Of a DNA stretch of 64,000 nt, positions 20,767-29,505 are shown piece by piece. Under the pieces are notes generated by a model, which was not told where the DNA came from, did no database searches, and saw only the letters and a list, made by a program, of their open reading frames with translations. Location of the stretch: NCBI GenBank assembly GCA_965200005.1, contig OZ241331.1, positions 463,532-527,531 on the forward strand, written 5' to 3'. The DNA is from Acidimicrobiales bacterium. GTDB taxonomy: Bacteria; Actinomycetota; Acidimicrobiia; Acidimicrobiales; Aldehydirespiratoraceae. The translations under genes and the position numbers were made by a program. The stretch's first letter is position 1. Each line of letters starts with the position of its first letter.

Positions 20767-21129
20767 TTAGGTGCTCACGTAAGTCTCGAAGCGTGCTCCG
20801 AGTCGCAACATGTCGTTCGGGTCGGCGGTGAGAATGAACGTGCCCAACTTCTCGGCGACCACCGCTAAGTGTGCGTCCACTACGTCGGACGTGCCAGTTC
20901 TAGCCAAGCGTGTACCAACTGCCCGCGAATCGTCAAGAGAATGAACCTCGAAGTGTCGCAAAGCTCGAATCAGGTTGACCTGACGAGCAGGGTGTCTCCA
21001 GACCTGTGCCAACACGGGATGTGTGGTGTGTAGTTCGCCTCCGCGTTTGGCAGCCACCTTGATTAGTGCCCAGAGTCGGGAGTTCAGATTCTCGGCGTCA
21101 ACTATGAAGGGTCCCGCATCCACGATCAC
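20767..21129 (-). CDS. vapC: PIN-domain ribonuclease toxin (VapC-like)
   Basis: 120 aa with the N-terminal acidic motif IVDAGPFIV and distal Asp residues (SDVVDAHL, LTADPND). The GTG start overlaps the stop of the upstream reading frame (GTGA). Confidence 0.7.
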   Translation of the reverse strand: MIVDAGPFIVDAENLNSRLWALIKVAAKRGGELHTTHPVLAQVWRHPARQVNLIRALRHFEVHSLDDSRAVGTRLARTGTSDVVDAHLAVVAEKLGTFILTADPNDMLRLGARFETYVST

Positions 21130-21370
21130 CGGCCGATGCCTTGCCGGTCAAGGACCGCATTAGCCCAGTCAACATGCTCCGCGTCGATTGGGCCTTCATC
21201 AGCCTCCCATTCGGCGATCAAATCAAGGAGCGCGGGCTGCGGCGACGCCGCCTCACTTCAGCTAGCAACGACCGCTTAATGGCGAGTCGTTTCGTACCGT
21301 CAATGGCAACTAGCTCATCGAGGGCGGCTTGCATTTCGTCGTCAAGGGTGATGGTCGTCTTGGTAGCCAT
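21126..21370 (-). pseudogene. vapB: ribbon-helix-helix antitoxin (VapB-like), apparently frameshifted
   Basis: From the ATG at 21370 the frame reads MATKTTITLDDEMQAALDELVAIDGTKRLAIKRSLLAEV, then runs into RRRRRSPRSLI* (stop at 21218). A second frame, open from about 21257, reads SEAASPQPALLDLIAEWEADEGPIDAEHVDWANAVLDRQGIGR* and ends in a GTGA overlap with vapC. Confidence 0.55.
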
Positions 21371-21440
21371 AGGTACACCCTATAGGAGCCGTAACCATAC
21401 GGCTACAAGTACGTATCTACACGCCAACCGGACGTAGTGG

Positions 21441-22565
21441 CTAGAGGTGTTTGGCGGCCTCGGAGAGGGGGAGGAGTTGGGCGGTGGGGGTCATTAACTC
21501 GCCGTGGGTTAGGAAGAACCTGAATAGGACGGTGCCTATTCGGCGGCCTTCGGTATCGAGCCAGTTTGGGGTTCCGGGATTGGTGGCTGAGATGACGAGC
21601 GTGAAGTTGCCGTCGTCGTCTGCGGTTGCCTGGGCACGGTTCAGGGAAGTTTGCCGGTTGGCGTAATCGAGGGTTTGCATGTGACGGTTCCACAGACAGA
21701 CATTGCCGAAACGACACTCAGGCCAGGCTGCCTTCACGACCAGCGCCTCATCTGCACCAACCATGAACGGCGCCATGCAATAGGCAGCATCAAAGGCTGC
21801 CAGACCGATGGTGCCTGGAGGCCCTGGCGGTGGGAACACATTGGGGACTCTCGACAGCCACGGGATCGGCCGACCTTGCTCCGACAGTGGCCGGCCAACC
21901 GTTATCCGCCGCAACAGAGTGTTCACACGGTGGATGCCCTCGGCCACGCTGCTATCGGTTGGCCGGTGCGGTGGCTCGCCCGCCCCATCAATCACATCAA
22001 TCTTCATGACCGGCTGCAGCGCCGAGTCTTTGCCAGCCGACTTCGGGTTCTCGAAGTAGTGACGTGTCGTCAGTGACCCAGCGCCTTCAGGCAAGCCGAT
22101 CCAGTTCCGATCACGCTGCTTGCCACCCACGAACAGCTCGAAACGGCCTTCGTCATCAATGTCAAACGAGTCATCGTTGATAATGCCAAGCACTTCGTTT
22201 TCTAGAGCGCCCCAGTCGGTGCCCGACTCGATCGTTATCGAGACATACACCGCGCCACGGGTTTCGCCACGCACCCGGTAGCTGTAATCGGCAGACACTG
22301 GCGTATCGAAATAGATCGCATCGGGATTGTCACCCATGATCTTGCGACTCGGATTGGCGATACGGCGGAAGCCCGGTGCCGCGGGATTACGCTCAAACAA
22401 TCCAACAAGGCCCCACTGAAGCGTGTGCATGACTGCCCGGTAAGCGTCAACTCTGTCTTCAACGGTGTGGAAGTTCCACTCTGGGGACACCCACCGCTCA
22501 TCAACATCCGCTAGCAGGTCAACAAGCTCACTAAAGGCCTGATGCGACTGCGTGTCATCCTTCAC
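21441..22565 (-). CDS. DUF1214-domain protein
   Basis: The C-terminal 374 codons of the 798-aa ORF. The GTG at 22565 gives (M)KDDTQSHQAFSELVDLLADVDERWVSPEW...DNPDAIYFDTPV..., as in standalone DUF1214 proteins. It overlaps the stop of the upstream gene by 11 nt. Confidence 0.65.
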   Translation of the reverse strand: MKDDTQSHQAFSELVDLLADVDERWVSPEWNFHTVEDRVDAYRAVMHTLQWGLVGLFERNPAAPGFRRIANPSRKIMGDNPDAIYFDTPVSADYSYRVRGETRGAVYVSITIESGTDWGALENEVLGIINDDSFDIDDEGRFELFVGGKQRDRNWIGLPEGAGSLTTRHYFENPKSAGKDSALQPVMKIDVIDGAGEPPHRPTDSSVAEGIHRVNTLLRRITVGRPLSEQGRPIPWLSRVPNVFPPPGPPGTIGLAAFDAAYCMAPFMVGADEALVVKAAWPECRFGNVCLWNRHMQTLDYANRQTSLNRAQATADDDGNFTLVISATNPGTPNWLDTEGRRIGTVLFRFFLTHGELMTPTAQLLPLSEAAKHL

Positions 22566-23837
22566 GTGCCACTCCGAAGTGTTCGATGTATGGGGCCATC
22601 TCGGCACGCAAAGACTCCGCCGTGAAGCCCCACTCTTCGGGCGTATAGCGATGCACGCCGAATTTGCCCTTGGGTTTGTGGGCAAGATAACTGAGCACCG
22701 CCGCTGCGTGATCGTCTGTGAACGGGCGGCCCATCTGCTCATACGCCCGTGACATCGTCGCCACCGGATCTCGTAGCAGTTCGGAGAAATGGATATCAAC
22801 AAACCGCTCAGAGGCACAACGTTGCGGCTCCGTAGCTTTATCGAGCCGTTGAGGCCAGCCGAGAACGTCGCCAAGACAGACGCCGCTACAGCATCGACAT
22901 CCACTTCATCGGTGCGCATCCACTGGATCATGGCTGAAATACTGACCGTGGATGGCATGGTCTTGACCGGGTCGCGGTGTGTCTGTATCACCCATGCGTC
23001 GGGGAAGGCAGCGAAGAGCAGCGGTAGAAGCATCAAGTGAGCGGGCGTCTTGAGAAGCCAGTTTCTGGATTTGCCGTTGGAGGAGCCGCTAGACGTGGCC
23101 CCAGCAACATGTTGCAAAACTTGCAGGAACGCACGCTCATAAGCGTAGTTGACCGCGGGATCCTGTCGCCAACCATCGAACCGAGCGATCATGGACCAGT
23201 GAAAGCCACAGAAGCTGCCCTGGGTGAGGGTCACACACTCAACGGGAAGGTCTGAGCGGAGCTCGTGCAGTGCCAGGAACTCAGGCTGCACATCAGCCCA
23301 GAACTCCTGCTCGCACTCGCTTAGAGCAAACGCATCTACCGAATCACCGTCGTTGATCCTCAGGGGGTGCAGGGCCTCGGCAGCGGTCGGTGCTCGCAGG
23401 GTCGGATCAAGGGCAAGCAACTCGAACAGGATCGAAGTACCCGACCGGGCAGGGCCAGTGACAATTACAGGCGCAACGACAGGCGACTCAAGGATGCTTG
23501 GCTCATCGTCAACTCGCCGAGTTAGACACAGCCGGGTTATCAGCGAACGCAGCAGCTCCTGTTTAGTCATGAGCCTGCCGCGCACATGCATCGAACTCAC
23601 ATCGATCGCTGAGACAAGAGTCCGGAAGCGCTCCTGCCAGTGCGGATCACCGAGGTCGCCGGTTGGTAATCCACCAAAGGGCCCAGCTGCGATTCGCAGC
23701 ATGTCGTGTGCATCGATCGGTACGAGTGACCGGCTCGACCCCCCAATCGAGGTGGCCATTAGATTGAGCCGCCGTACCCAGTCGGGCCGCTCGAGACGCT
23801 GAGTCATCGGCGCCAGGGGCTTAGAGGTTCCACTCAC
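22555..23837 (-). pseudogene. sulfotransferase-family protein with an apparent single frameshift
   Basis: The PAPS-binding loop GPARSGTSIL and RDPVKT lie in the frame starting at 23837. The expected C-terminus ERFVDIHFSELLRDPVATMSRAYEQMGRPF...YIEHFGVAREG* lies in another frame (the 69-aa ORF 22555-22764 and upstream). The switch is near 22850-22862. Confidence 0.6.
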
Positions 23838-23886
23838 GCGAGCGCCACGCTATCAACATCAAGATCGCTGACACCAGGACTTTTTT

Positions 23887-24765
23887 GTGAAATTCACGAC
23901 GATACGGGCGAGCACCCTGTGGCCACTGGCGTCGGTCGCTCTCGGATCCGCACTCATCGGCACGATCGGTACAGCGGCAGCTATAGGGCCTGACTCGCTC
24001 ACTGCCATCACGATCGGTGCCTGGCGGGCACTGATCGGCGCAGTTGGGCTAGTCGTCGTGTCGACGATCATCGGTCAAGCTCCCTGGAAGTACCCACTTC
24101 ATCCACGCTGGCTCGCCCTTGCGGGAGCAGGGGTTGCCGGAAGTCAGATCTGTTTCTTTGAGGTGGTCACCCGTACGGGGGTCGCAGTCGGAACACTGGT
24201 TGCGATCGGCACAGGCCCGGTCGCAGCTGGCGTGCTTGACTGGCTCGCTTACCGCAGACGGCCTCGACCGATGTGGTTGGCTGGTGTAGCGACGGCCATC
24301 GTCGGGGTCGCACTGCTCTCGGCTGGAGCTGCACACGTAGTGGCGAGCGGACTTGTATTTGGAGTGCTAGCTGGCTGTGCCATCTCGCTGTTCGGCTTCA
24401 GCGCTCAGGGCTTGATGCGTGACCGTCCACTGCTCCCAGCAATGACAACAGTCGTTGGCTCGGGTGCCGTGTTGCTATTGCCGGTTGCCCTGACGTCGGC
24501 AGACGTGGCTCTCGGCTCCTCAGCATCGGTCGTCACCGTCGTCTATCTCGGTCTGGCAACTATGACCGGGGCGCAGACTCTCTGGGGCGCTGGACTTCAG
24601 AGACTCAGCCTCAGCGTTGTGTTGGCCGTCACGCTGCTCGAACCGGCCGTAGCCGCCACCCTGGCAGTCGTCGTGCTAGACGAACCCGTAACAGTCGGCC
24701 TTCTCGCGGGCGTCTGCCTCGTAATCGTCGGAGTCGGTGTGAGTAGCTGGAACCCAGACAGATGA
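23887..24765 (+). CDS. EamA/DMT-family transporter
   Basis: About 10 TM helices with two EamA-like halves. 292 aa. Confidence 0.8.
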   Translation: MKFTTIRASTLWPLASVALGSALIGTIGTAAAIGPDSLTAITIGAWRALIGAVGLVVVSTIIGQAPWKYPLHPRWLALAGAGVAGSQICFFEVVTRTGVAVGTLVAIGTGPVAAGVLDWLAYRRRPRPMWLAGVATAIVGVALLSAGAAHVVASGLVFGVLAGCAISLFGFSAQGLMRDRPLLPAMTTVVGSGAVLLLPVALTSADVALGSSASVVTVVYLGLATMTGAQTLWGAGLQRLSLSVVLAVTLLEPAVAATLAVVVLDEPVTVGLLAGVCLVIVGVGVSSWNPDR

Positions 24766-24802
24766 GCGCCTGCTAGTCGACCGGGATCTCCGCTGGGCGG
24801 CG

Positions 24803-25105
24803 CTAGTCGACCGCGATCGTTACGTCTATCTCCATTACTTCGGGATCGCACCGGCCGAGTGTGACCTGTTCGTTGATGCGCATCGCCATGAGTTCCATAT
24901 TGTGCAGCGCTGCTTGGAGCCACTCTCGGGTGTACCCGCCTTGCATCGGCATTGTGTGACACTCATGGATACGATCGAGGCAGTGCTCGACTGCGTCCCG
25001 GATTTCGGGTTTGCAGTGATGCAACCCGGCTGCGTAGGGCGCTCCGAACTCGCGGAACACGTCAGCAGCGATCATGTTCACAGTGAGTGGTGGCATCGCA
25101 GCCAT
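24803..25105 (-). CDS. hypothetical Cys/His-rich small protein
   Basis: 100-aa ORF with non-degenerate composition (HHC, HC, HECH clusters). I do not recognise a family. Confidence 0.35.
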   Translation of the reverse strand: MAAMPPLTVNMIAADVFREFGAPYAAGLHHCKPEIRDAVEHCLDRIHECHTMPMQGGYTREWLQAALHNMELMAMRINEQVTLGRCDPEVMEIDVTIAVD

Positions 25106-25256
25106 CTAGGACACCTGCCTTTTGAGGCAATCGCTAAAGGTTGTCACACTCAATGTACCCGCCACGGCTGGCCTCCTCGCGGGCCCCTGCCGAATGGTCA
25201 TCGGAGCAAGCGTTAGCTCAGCTGGCGACGGTTGACTTCTGCACGGAGCGACCCTG

Positions 25257-25829
25257 TCAGACTGCTTCGGATGGAGCGGCTGGGAGAGCCCTAATCTCTG
25301 TGCCCTCCAGGCGAGCGACACGCTCTCGTGTGCGAGCGAGATCTTCACCTACCTTCTCGAACTGCTGCTGGGTCTGTCGGTAGTTAGCCAACGTGATTTG
25401 CTTCAGTTCAGCAATGGCAACGCAAAGGTGCCTGAGGGTGACCCTGCTCTCCGTGGACTCATTGCGGAGTTCTGTGATGTCCTCGTGAATCTTGGCGAAC
25501 TCCTGCTTGTTCTCAGCAGCAAGATCCTTGATACTGCCCGCCGTATCAGAACGCAGCCTCTCAATGTCCCCGTGCGTCTTCGCGAACTCCGCCTTCACCT
25601 CACCAAACTGCTCCTTAGTCTCGGTAGCGAGTTGATTGAGGCCGTTGGCCATGTCGCTGCGGATCTGGCTGTTGTTCTCCGATAGGCGCTGCTCAAGTTG
25701 AGTCGTCTGGTGCTCCATGAGACGAGTCACTTCCTCACGAGACTTGCGGATCTCCCGATAAAGGTACCAGAAGCCCACCAAGATAGCTGAGAACACCGCA
25801 ACAGTTACTTCCACGATCGAATCATCCAT
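25257..25829 (-). CDS. hypothetical membrane-anchored coiled-coil protein
   Basis: One N-terminal TM helix (VTVAVFSAILVGFWYLY), then about 150 aa of heptad-like sequence. Two related segments: KEQFGEVKAEFAKTHGDIERLRSD and NKQEFAKIHEDITELRNE. Confidence 0.5.
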   Translation of the reverse strand: MDDSIVEVTVAVFSAILVGFWYLYREIRKSREEVTRLMEHQTTQLEQRLSENNSQIRSDMANGLNQLATETKEQFGEVKAEFAKTHGDIERLRSDTAGSIKDLAAENKQEFAKIHEDITELRNESTESRVTLRHLCVAIAELKQITLANYRQTQQQFEKVGEDLARTRERVARLEGTEIRALPAAPSEAV

Positions 25830-25867
25830 GCCGGAGTTCTACCACGCTGAACGACAGGACACAACTC

Positions 25868-25886
25868 GATAATGCATGTCATTATC
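25868..25886. promoter_or_regulatory. palindrome upstream of the HicB-like ORF (possible operator)
   Basis: GATAATG-catgt-CATTATC, perfect 7-bp arms, in an AT-rich stretch 14 nt upstream of the ORF start at 25900. Confidence 0.3.
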
Positions 25887-25899
25887 TGACATATAGGAC

Positions 25900-26400
25900 T
25901 TGACATCCTCCGCCCACAACGGTGCATTCCTTCTTCGATCCAACGACCAGGTGCGCATGACCCACTCGAGCTCCGCGCTCGTTGTGGATGGCGTGAGATG
26001 GAACGGAGCTCTCGACTGGGTCTTCCCGGATGAGAACGCCGACCCGGCAGCGCGTACCAGTTGGGATGTCTTGAGAGACTTCGTCGACTTGTGGGCCGAG
26101 ATTGCTGTGCGTCATGCGCACTGTCGAGACGTAACAGACCCCGATGGCGTCACCGCTACGGTCGCTGGAATTGACGGCCCACGGGGCTTCGGCACCTCCA
26201 ACTCAGAGGCGTTGGATGATCTTCGGTCAGCGTTGACCGGCTGGGCTCTCCGCAAACTAGAAGAGGGTGACGATGCCATCCCCAGCATGGAAGGCCTTCA
26301 TCTAGGCATCCCAAAGGTGACCGCAGGCTCGAGCCAATCAGCCGACGCAAGCGAGTCAAGCCGCTCCGAGCTTGGAGGGGGAAGGTGCATACCGTTGTGA
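25900..26400 (+). CDS. hypothetical protein with a HicB-like (UPF0150) antitoxin-fold segment
   Basis: The segment VTATVAGIDGPRGFGTSNSEALDDLRSALTGWALRKLEEGDDAIP matches the HicB pattern (x-V-x-x-PG-x-x-G-x-T-x-E-A-L-x-x-L-x-E-A-L-x-x-W). The start is uncertain (alternative ATG at 25957). No HicA partner seen. Confidence 0.4.
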   Translation: MTSSAHNGAFLLRSNDQVRMTHSSSALVVDGVRWNGALDWVFPDENADPAARTSWDVLRDFVDLWAEIAVRHAHCRDVTDPDGVTATVAGIDGPRGFGTSNSEALDDLRSALTGWALRKLEEGDDAIPSMEGLHLGIPKVTAGSSQSADASESSRSELGGGRCIPL

Positions 26401-26822
26401 TTACTTAGGTGTCGTCTTGAGGTTGTGACACGTGCCATCCGAGGTTTCGTAGGGTGGAGGCTGCTGCAGAGGGGCTGCGTCGCATTGCCGCTCTCAACTG
26501 GATGTCCCGGTATCGCTGCCGCGCTGTGTTGAGGGTTTGTTGCCATGAGGGCCGGGGTTTAACGAGCCTCTCCAGGATGCAGAGGTTGCCACTTGCGGAT
26601 TTGGATCGTGGCTGTTAGCGATGAATGCGTCGTAGCCGAGACCCGGCGGGCGCTTTGGCGCGGATCAGGCGTAGTTGATGACTAGCGGCGACGAATTTGT
26701 GTAAGCGGCGGCTGGGAGCCGCTCGGGGCGGGCCAGACGTGACACGTGACTCTCCTCGACTATGAGGTGAAACACGGTTCTGGACGAGTCGCTGTCGAGG
26801 GGTTCGGCCGCGACTCGTGACC

Positions 26823-26872
26823 GTTGGCTTGAAACGTGGCAAGCCAACTGCTGGGGGCCGGTTGGGGCCCCC
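26823..26872 (-). terminator. two adjacent GC-rich hairpins downstream of the SLH gene
   Basis: GTTGGCTTG-n8-CAAGCCAAC (26823-26848) and GGGGGCC-n6-GGCCCCC (26853-26872), 30-80 nt after the stop at 26904. No U-tract. Confidence 0.4.
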
Positions 26873-26903
26873 ACGGGGGGTTGGGCGGTGTTGTTGGGGG
26901 GCG

Positions 26904-29264
26904 TTAGCAGTTGGAGCTGGGGTAGATGAGGAGCTTCCATACGGCTGTGTCGGCGGGATCTCGGTAGTCGTAGGACTCCCAAGACAGCGACAGCAGTGGA
27001 AGTATGGGTAGCGGAGTGGGGGTGTTGATGTCGCCCGACTCGATGAAGTTGCTGGTCTCGATACCCGAACGGACTCGCTGGCACGCTCGCCGCTCTTCCA
27101 ACGCCTTGACCATCTCCTCCTCAAACTTGGCCAACGTCACGGGTGAACCGTCGAGGAAAAACTGGTCGTTGTCGTCGTAGTTGACTAGTTGCGGTGTGGT
27201 GTCAACGGCGGATGACGACGCAAGCATGTCAACCACAATCGCTCCATCGTCGGGGTCACTGAACGACACATTCGGCTCGTTGATGTCCTGCGATGGCCTA
27301 GCCAGTTCAACCCAGTACGCCGTCGTGCTCGCAAAGAGGTCATCGTTACGGCTTGTGGTACCCCTGTCGTGCGACAGGCTCAAGGCCTCCATGCCGGCAG
27401 GACCCTTGTACTCATACGGGATCGAAGCAATGCCGTCATCACCCGTGACGCCATTACCAACTACCTCGTCCGCGTAGCCACTGGTCAACTCAACATTGGC
27501 ACCAACTAGCGGATCACCGTATTGATCACGGAGTACTGCATGAACAGTATTGACCTGTGCTTCGCCACCACGCGGCGCAAGTCCGTAGCTGTCGACAACA
27601 GCATCCATGTATTGCGCTCGAGGTGTCTCGTCCGTGAACACGACGTTCGAATACCAACTGGTGATGTAACGAGAGACCCCATCCTCAGTTCTCAACTGGG
27701 TTGAGAATGCGCTAGCACCTGGAACCAGGCTGTCGTTGCCGAGGTAGTTCCGCGCCTCACGGGAGACTTCGAGCCGCACAACCATCCCGTTGCCACGGCG
27801 TCTCGGATCGGGATCGACGGTAGACACCGCAATCTCCAAACTGCCGTCTCGAGCGGCCCGCAGCACCTCGGTGGTTTCGGAGATCGGAGGCGGTATGGCG
27901 TTCTTGCCTCGGTATAGCCGCTTCGTGATGGTGTAGTCGATCGCTGAACGTCCCGGGCCGACATCCACTTCGACATCATCAGCTCGAGTGCCTCGCAACT
28001 GAAGCGTAAAGGTGACCGTGCTACCAAAGCGGGACACGACAGCACCCTCGGGGCGATCATCTGTGATCTTGGCGAAACCGATCTCCTCGACGACTAAGTT
28101 TGACAGCGTCACCTCAACGCTCTGAAGATCGGTATCCGAAAACACAGTACGACCCCGAGGACCTGTCCACGAGTACACCGTTATGCCACTACGCACATCC
28201 TGTGGACTAAGCCGATTAAGTAGGTAATCTCCGTCAGCTCCTGTCAGTGGGTCATTGCTGTCGATTGCGCAGGTCCTCGTGCCTAGCAGCCGGAACGTCT
28301 GATTGGTACACGTCCCATTGGACCGAAACGCTGTGTGCCGTGTGTCCGTTTCAACGAAAAACACATCAACCGGAGCGTTCGAGACTGGGGCGAAGTCGTC
28401 ATCACGAACGGAGACCACCACGTCAGGGCCCGAGGCCTGAACTGTCACACCGGCGGGTCGCAGCGTAGAGTGTCCGAGTGCACGAATTATGAACGTAGCC
28501 ATCTGGCCTCGAGTAACCGACCCACTTCCGTTGAACACTGTTCCATCCCGAACACCCTTCGTTATGCCGAGCTCATACGCCGCGCTGATCCCGTGATTCT
28601 CTGCGGTCGTGTGGGTGCGTATCGCATCTTGGAACGCATCATCCGGTGGTGATTTCATCGGACCCAGGAGGAAGACACCGTTTCGCTTCTCGACATCATC
28701 TGATGCCAAAGCAACCATGTTCGACAGGAACATCGCCATGTCAGCCCGTGTCACGGTTCCGGACGGATCAAAGGACGACTCCGACCTGGGAGTCATCACG
28801 CCGTTGCTTACGACTTGATGCACTGCATCCTGGACCTCAACACTCCAGCCTGACGTATCATCAAACGTTCTGCGTACCCCGAAGTCATCTGTAGCACGCA
28901 CTGGTGCGCTGATCTCGGCAACGTTCATCGCACGTGACAAGAACACCGCCATCTGCCAGCGGGGCACGAACTGCCCAGGTGAAAACGTTGAGCCATCCCC
29001 GGTGCCAACGGTAATTCCGTAATACGCCATACAGTTGATTGACTCTTCAAAGGTGTGGCCGTCGGGCACATCTGTGAAGCCACGATCTGCAATGGCATCA
29101 CCAAGGCATGCTGTGAACTCAGCTGGGAAGTCAGGCTCGGAATAGGCATCGATCGCTAGAGAAGGCTCAACGTTCGCGACGATGAGGATCGCCGCAGCGA
29201 TGATGACTGTTGAGGCTGTGGCTAGGAGCTTTCGACCGAAGCCATGCTTGGTAGGTGCGCTCAT
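26904..29264 (-). CDS. secreted cell-surface protein with three N-terminal SLH domains
   Basis: Signal peptide MSAPTKHGFGRKLLATASTVIIAAAILIVANVEPSLA. Three SLH repeats: FTDVPDGHTFEESINCMAYYGIT, FDDTSGWSVEVQDAV..., and ...ISAAYELGITKG...VTRGQMATFIIRAL. The ATG at 29264 is preceded by GGAGGTG; the ORF is open to 29318. Confidence 0.85.
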   Translation of the reverse strand: MSAPTKHGFGRKLLATASTVIIAAAILIVANVEPSLAIDAYSEPDFPAEFTACLGDAIADRGFTDVPDGHTFEESINCMAYYGITVGTGDGSTFSPGQFVPRWQMAVFLSRAMNVAEISAPVRATDDFGVRRTFDDTSGWSVEVQDAVHQVVSNGVMTPRSESSFDPSGTVTRADMAMFLSNMVALASDDVEKRNGVFLLGPMKSPPDDAFQDAIRTHTTAENHGISAAYELGITKGVRDGTVFNGSGSVTRGQMATFIIRALGHSTLRPAGVTVQASGPDVVVSVRDDDFAPVSNAPVDVFFVETDTRHTAFRSNGTCTNQTFRLLGTRTCAIDSNDPLTGADGDYLLNRLSPQDVRSGITVYSWTGPRGRTVFSDTDLQSVEVTLSNLVVEEIGFAKITDDRPEGAVVSRFGSTVTFTLQLRGTRADDVEVDVGPGRSAIDYTITKRLYRGKNAIPPPISETTEVLRAARDGSLEIAVSTVDPDPRRRGNGMVVRLEVSREARNYLGNDSLVPGASAFSTQLRTEDGVSRYITSWYSNVVFTDETPRAQYMDAVVDSYGLAPRGGEAQVNTVHAVLRDQYGDPLVGANVELTSGYADEVVGNGVTGDDGIASIPYEYKGPAGMEALSLSHDRGTTSRNDDLFASTTAYWVELARPSQDINEPNVSFSDPDDGAIVVDMLASSSAVDTTPQLVNYDDNDQFFLDGSPVTLAKFEEEMVKALEERRACQRVRSGIETSNFIESGDINTPTPLPILPLLSLSWESYDYRDPADTAVWKLLIYPSSNC

Positions 29265-29409
29265 GTTCACCTCCGAAATGAATTGGCTGGCCCTGTTGCC
29301 GCCGATTGTACGTGACACCTATCTGATCCTACGTTGCGAGGCGACCTGCCGTCAGCCTTAGGAACATCGTATGTACGCGACGACTCTCGACGTTACAGCC
29401 AGAACGCGT

Positions 29410-29439
29410 GGAAGCCCCGGCGCTCTAGCCGGGGCTTCC
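29410..29439 (-). terminator. strong hairpin downstream of the second SLH gene
   Basis: GGAAGCCCCGGC-gctcta-GCCGGGGCTTCC, perfect 12-bp arms, about 70 nt after the stop at 29506. Confidence 0.55.
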
Positions 29440-29505
29440 ACTGAGTTGGGAATCAAGTAGCTAGAAGCTTCTAGCCAATCTCACTTATCTGGATTAGCTT
29501 TGCAA

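Noticed and set aside
21141-21437. 98-aa + strand ORF
   Set aside because: It is antisense to the vapB region, Arg/Ser-rich, and has no start context.
26615-27124. 169-aa and 139-aa Arg/Pro-rich ORFs downstream of the SLH gene
   Set aside because: Extreme Arg/Pro/Ser composition, overlap with the 3' end of the SLH CDS, and no start context. The 26400-26900 stretch is better read as an intergenic region with terminator hairpins.
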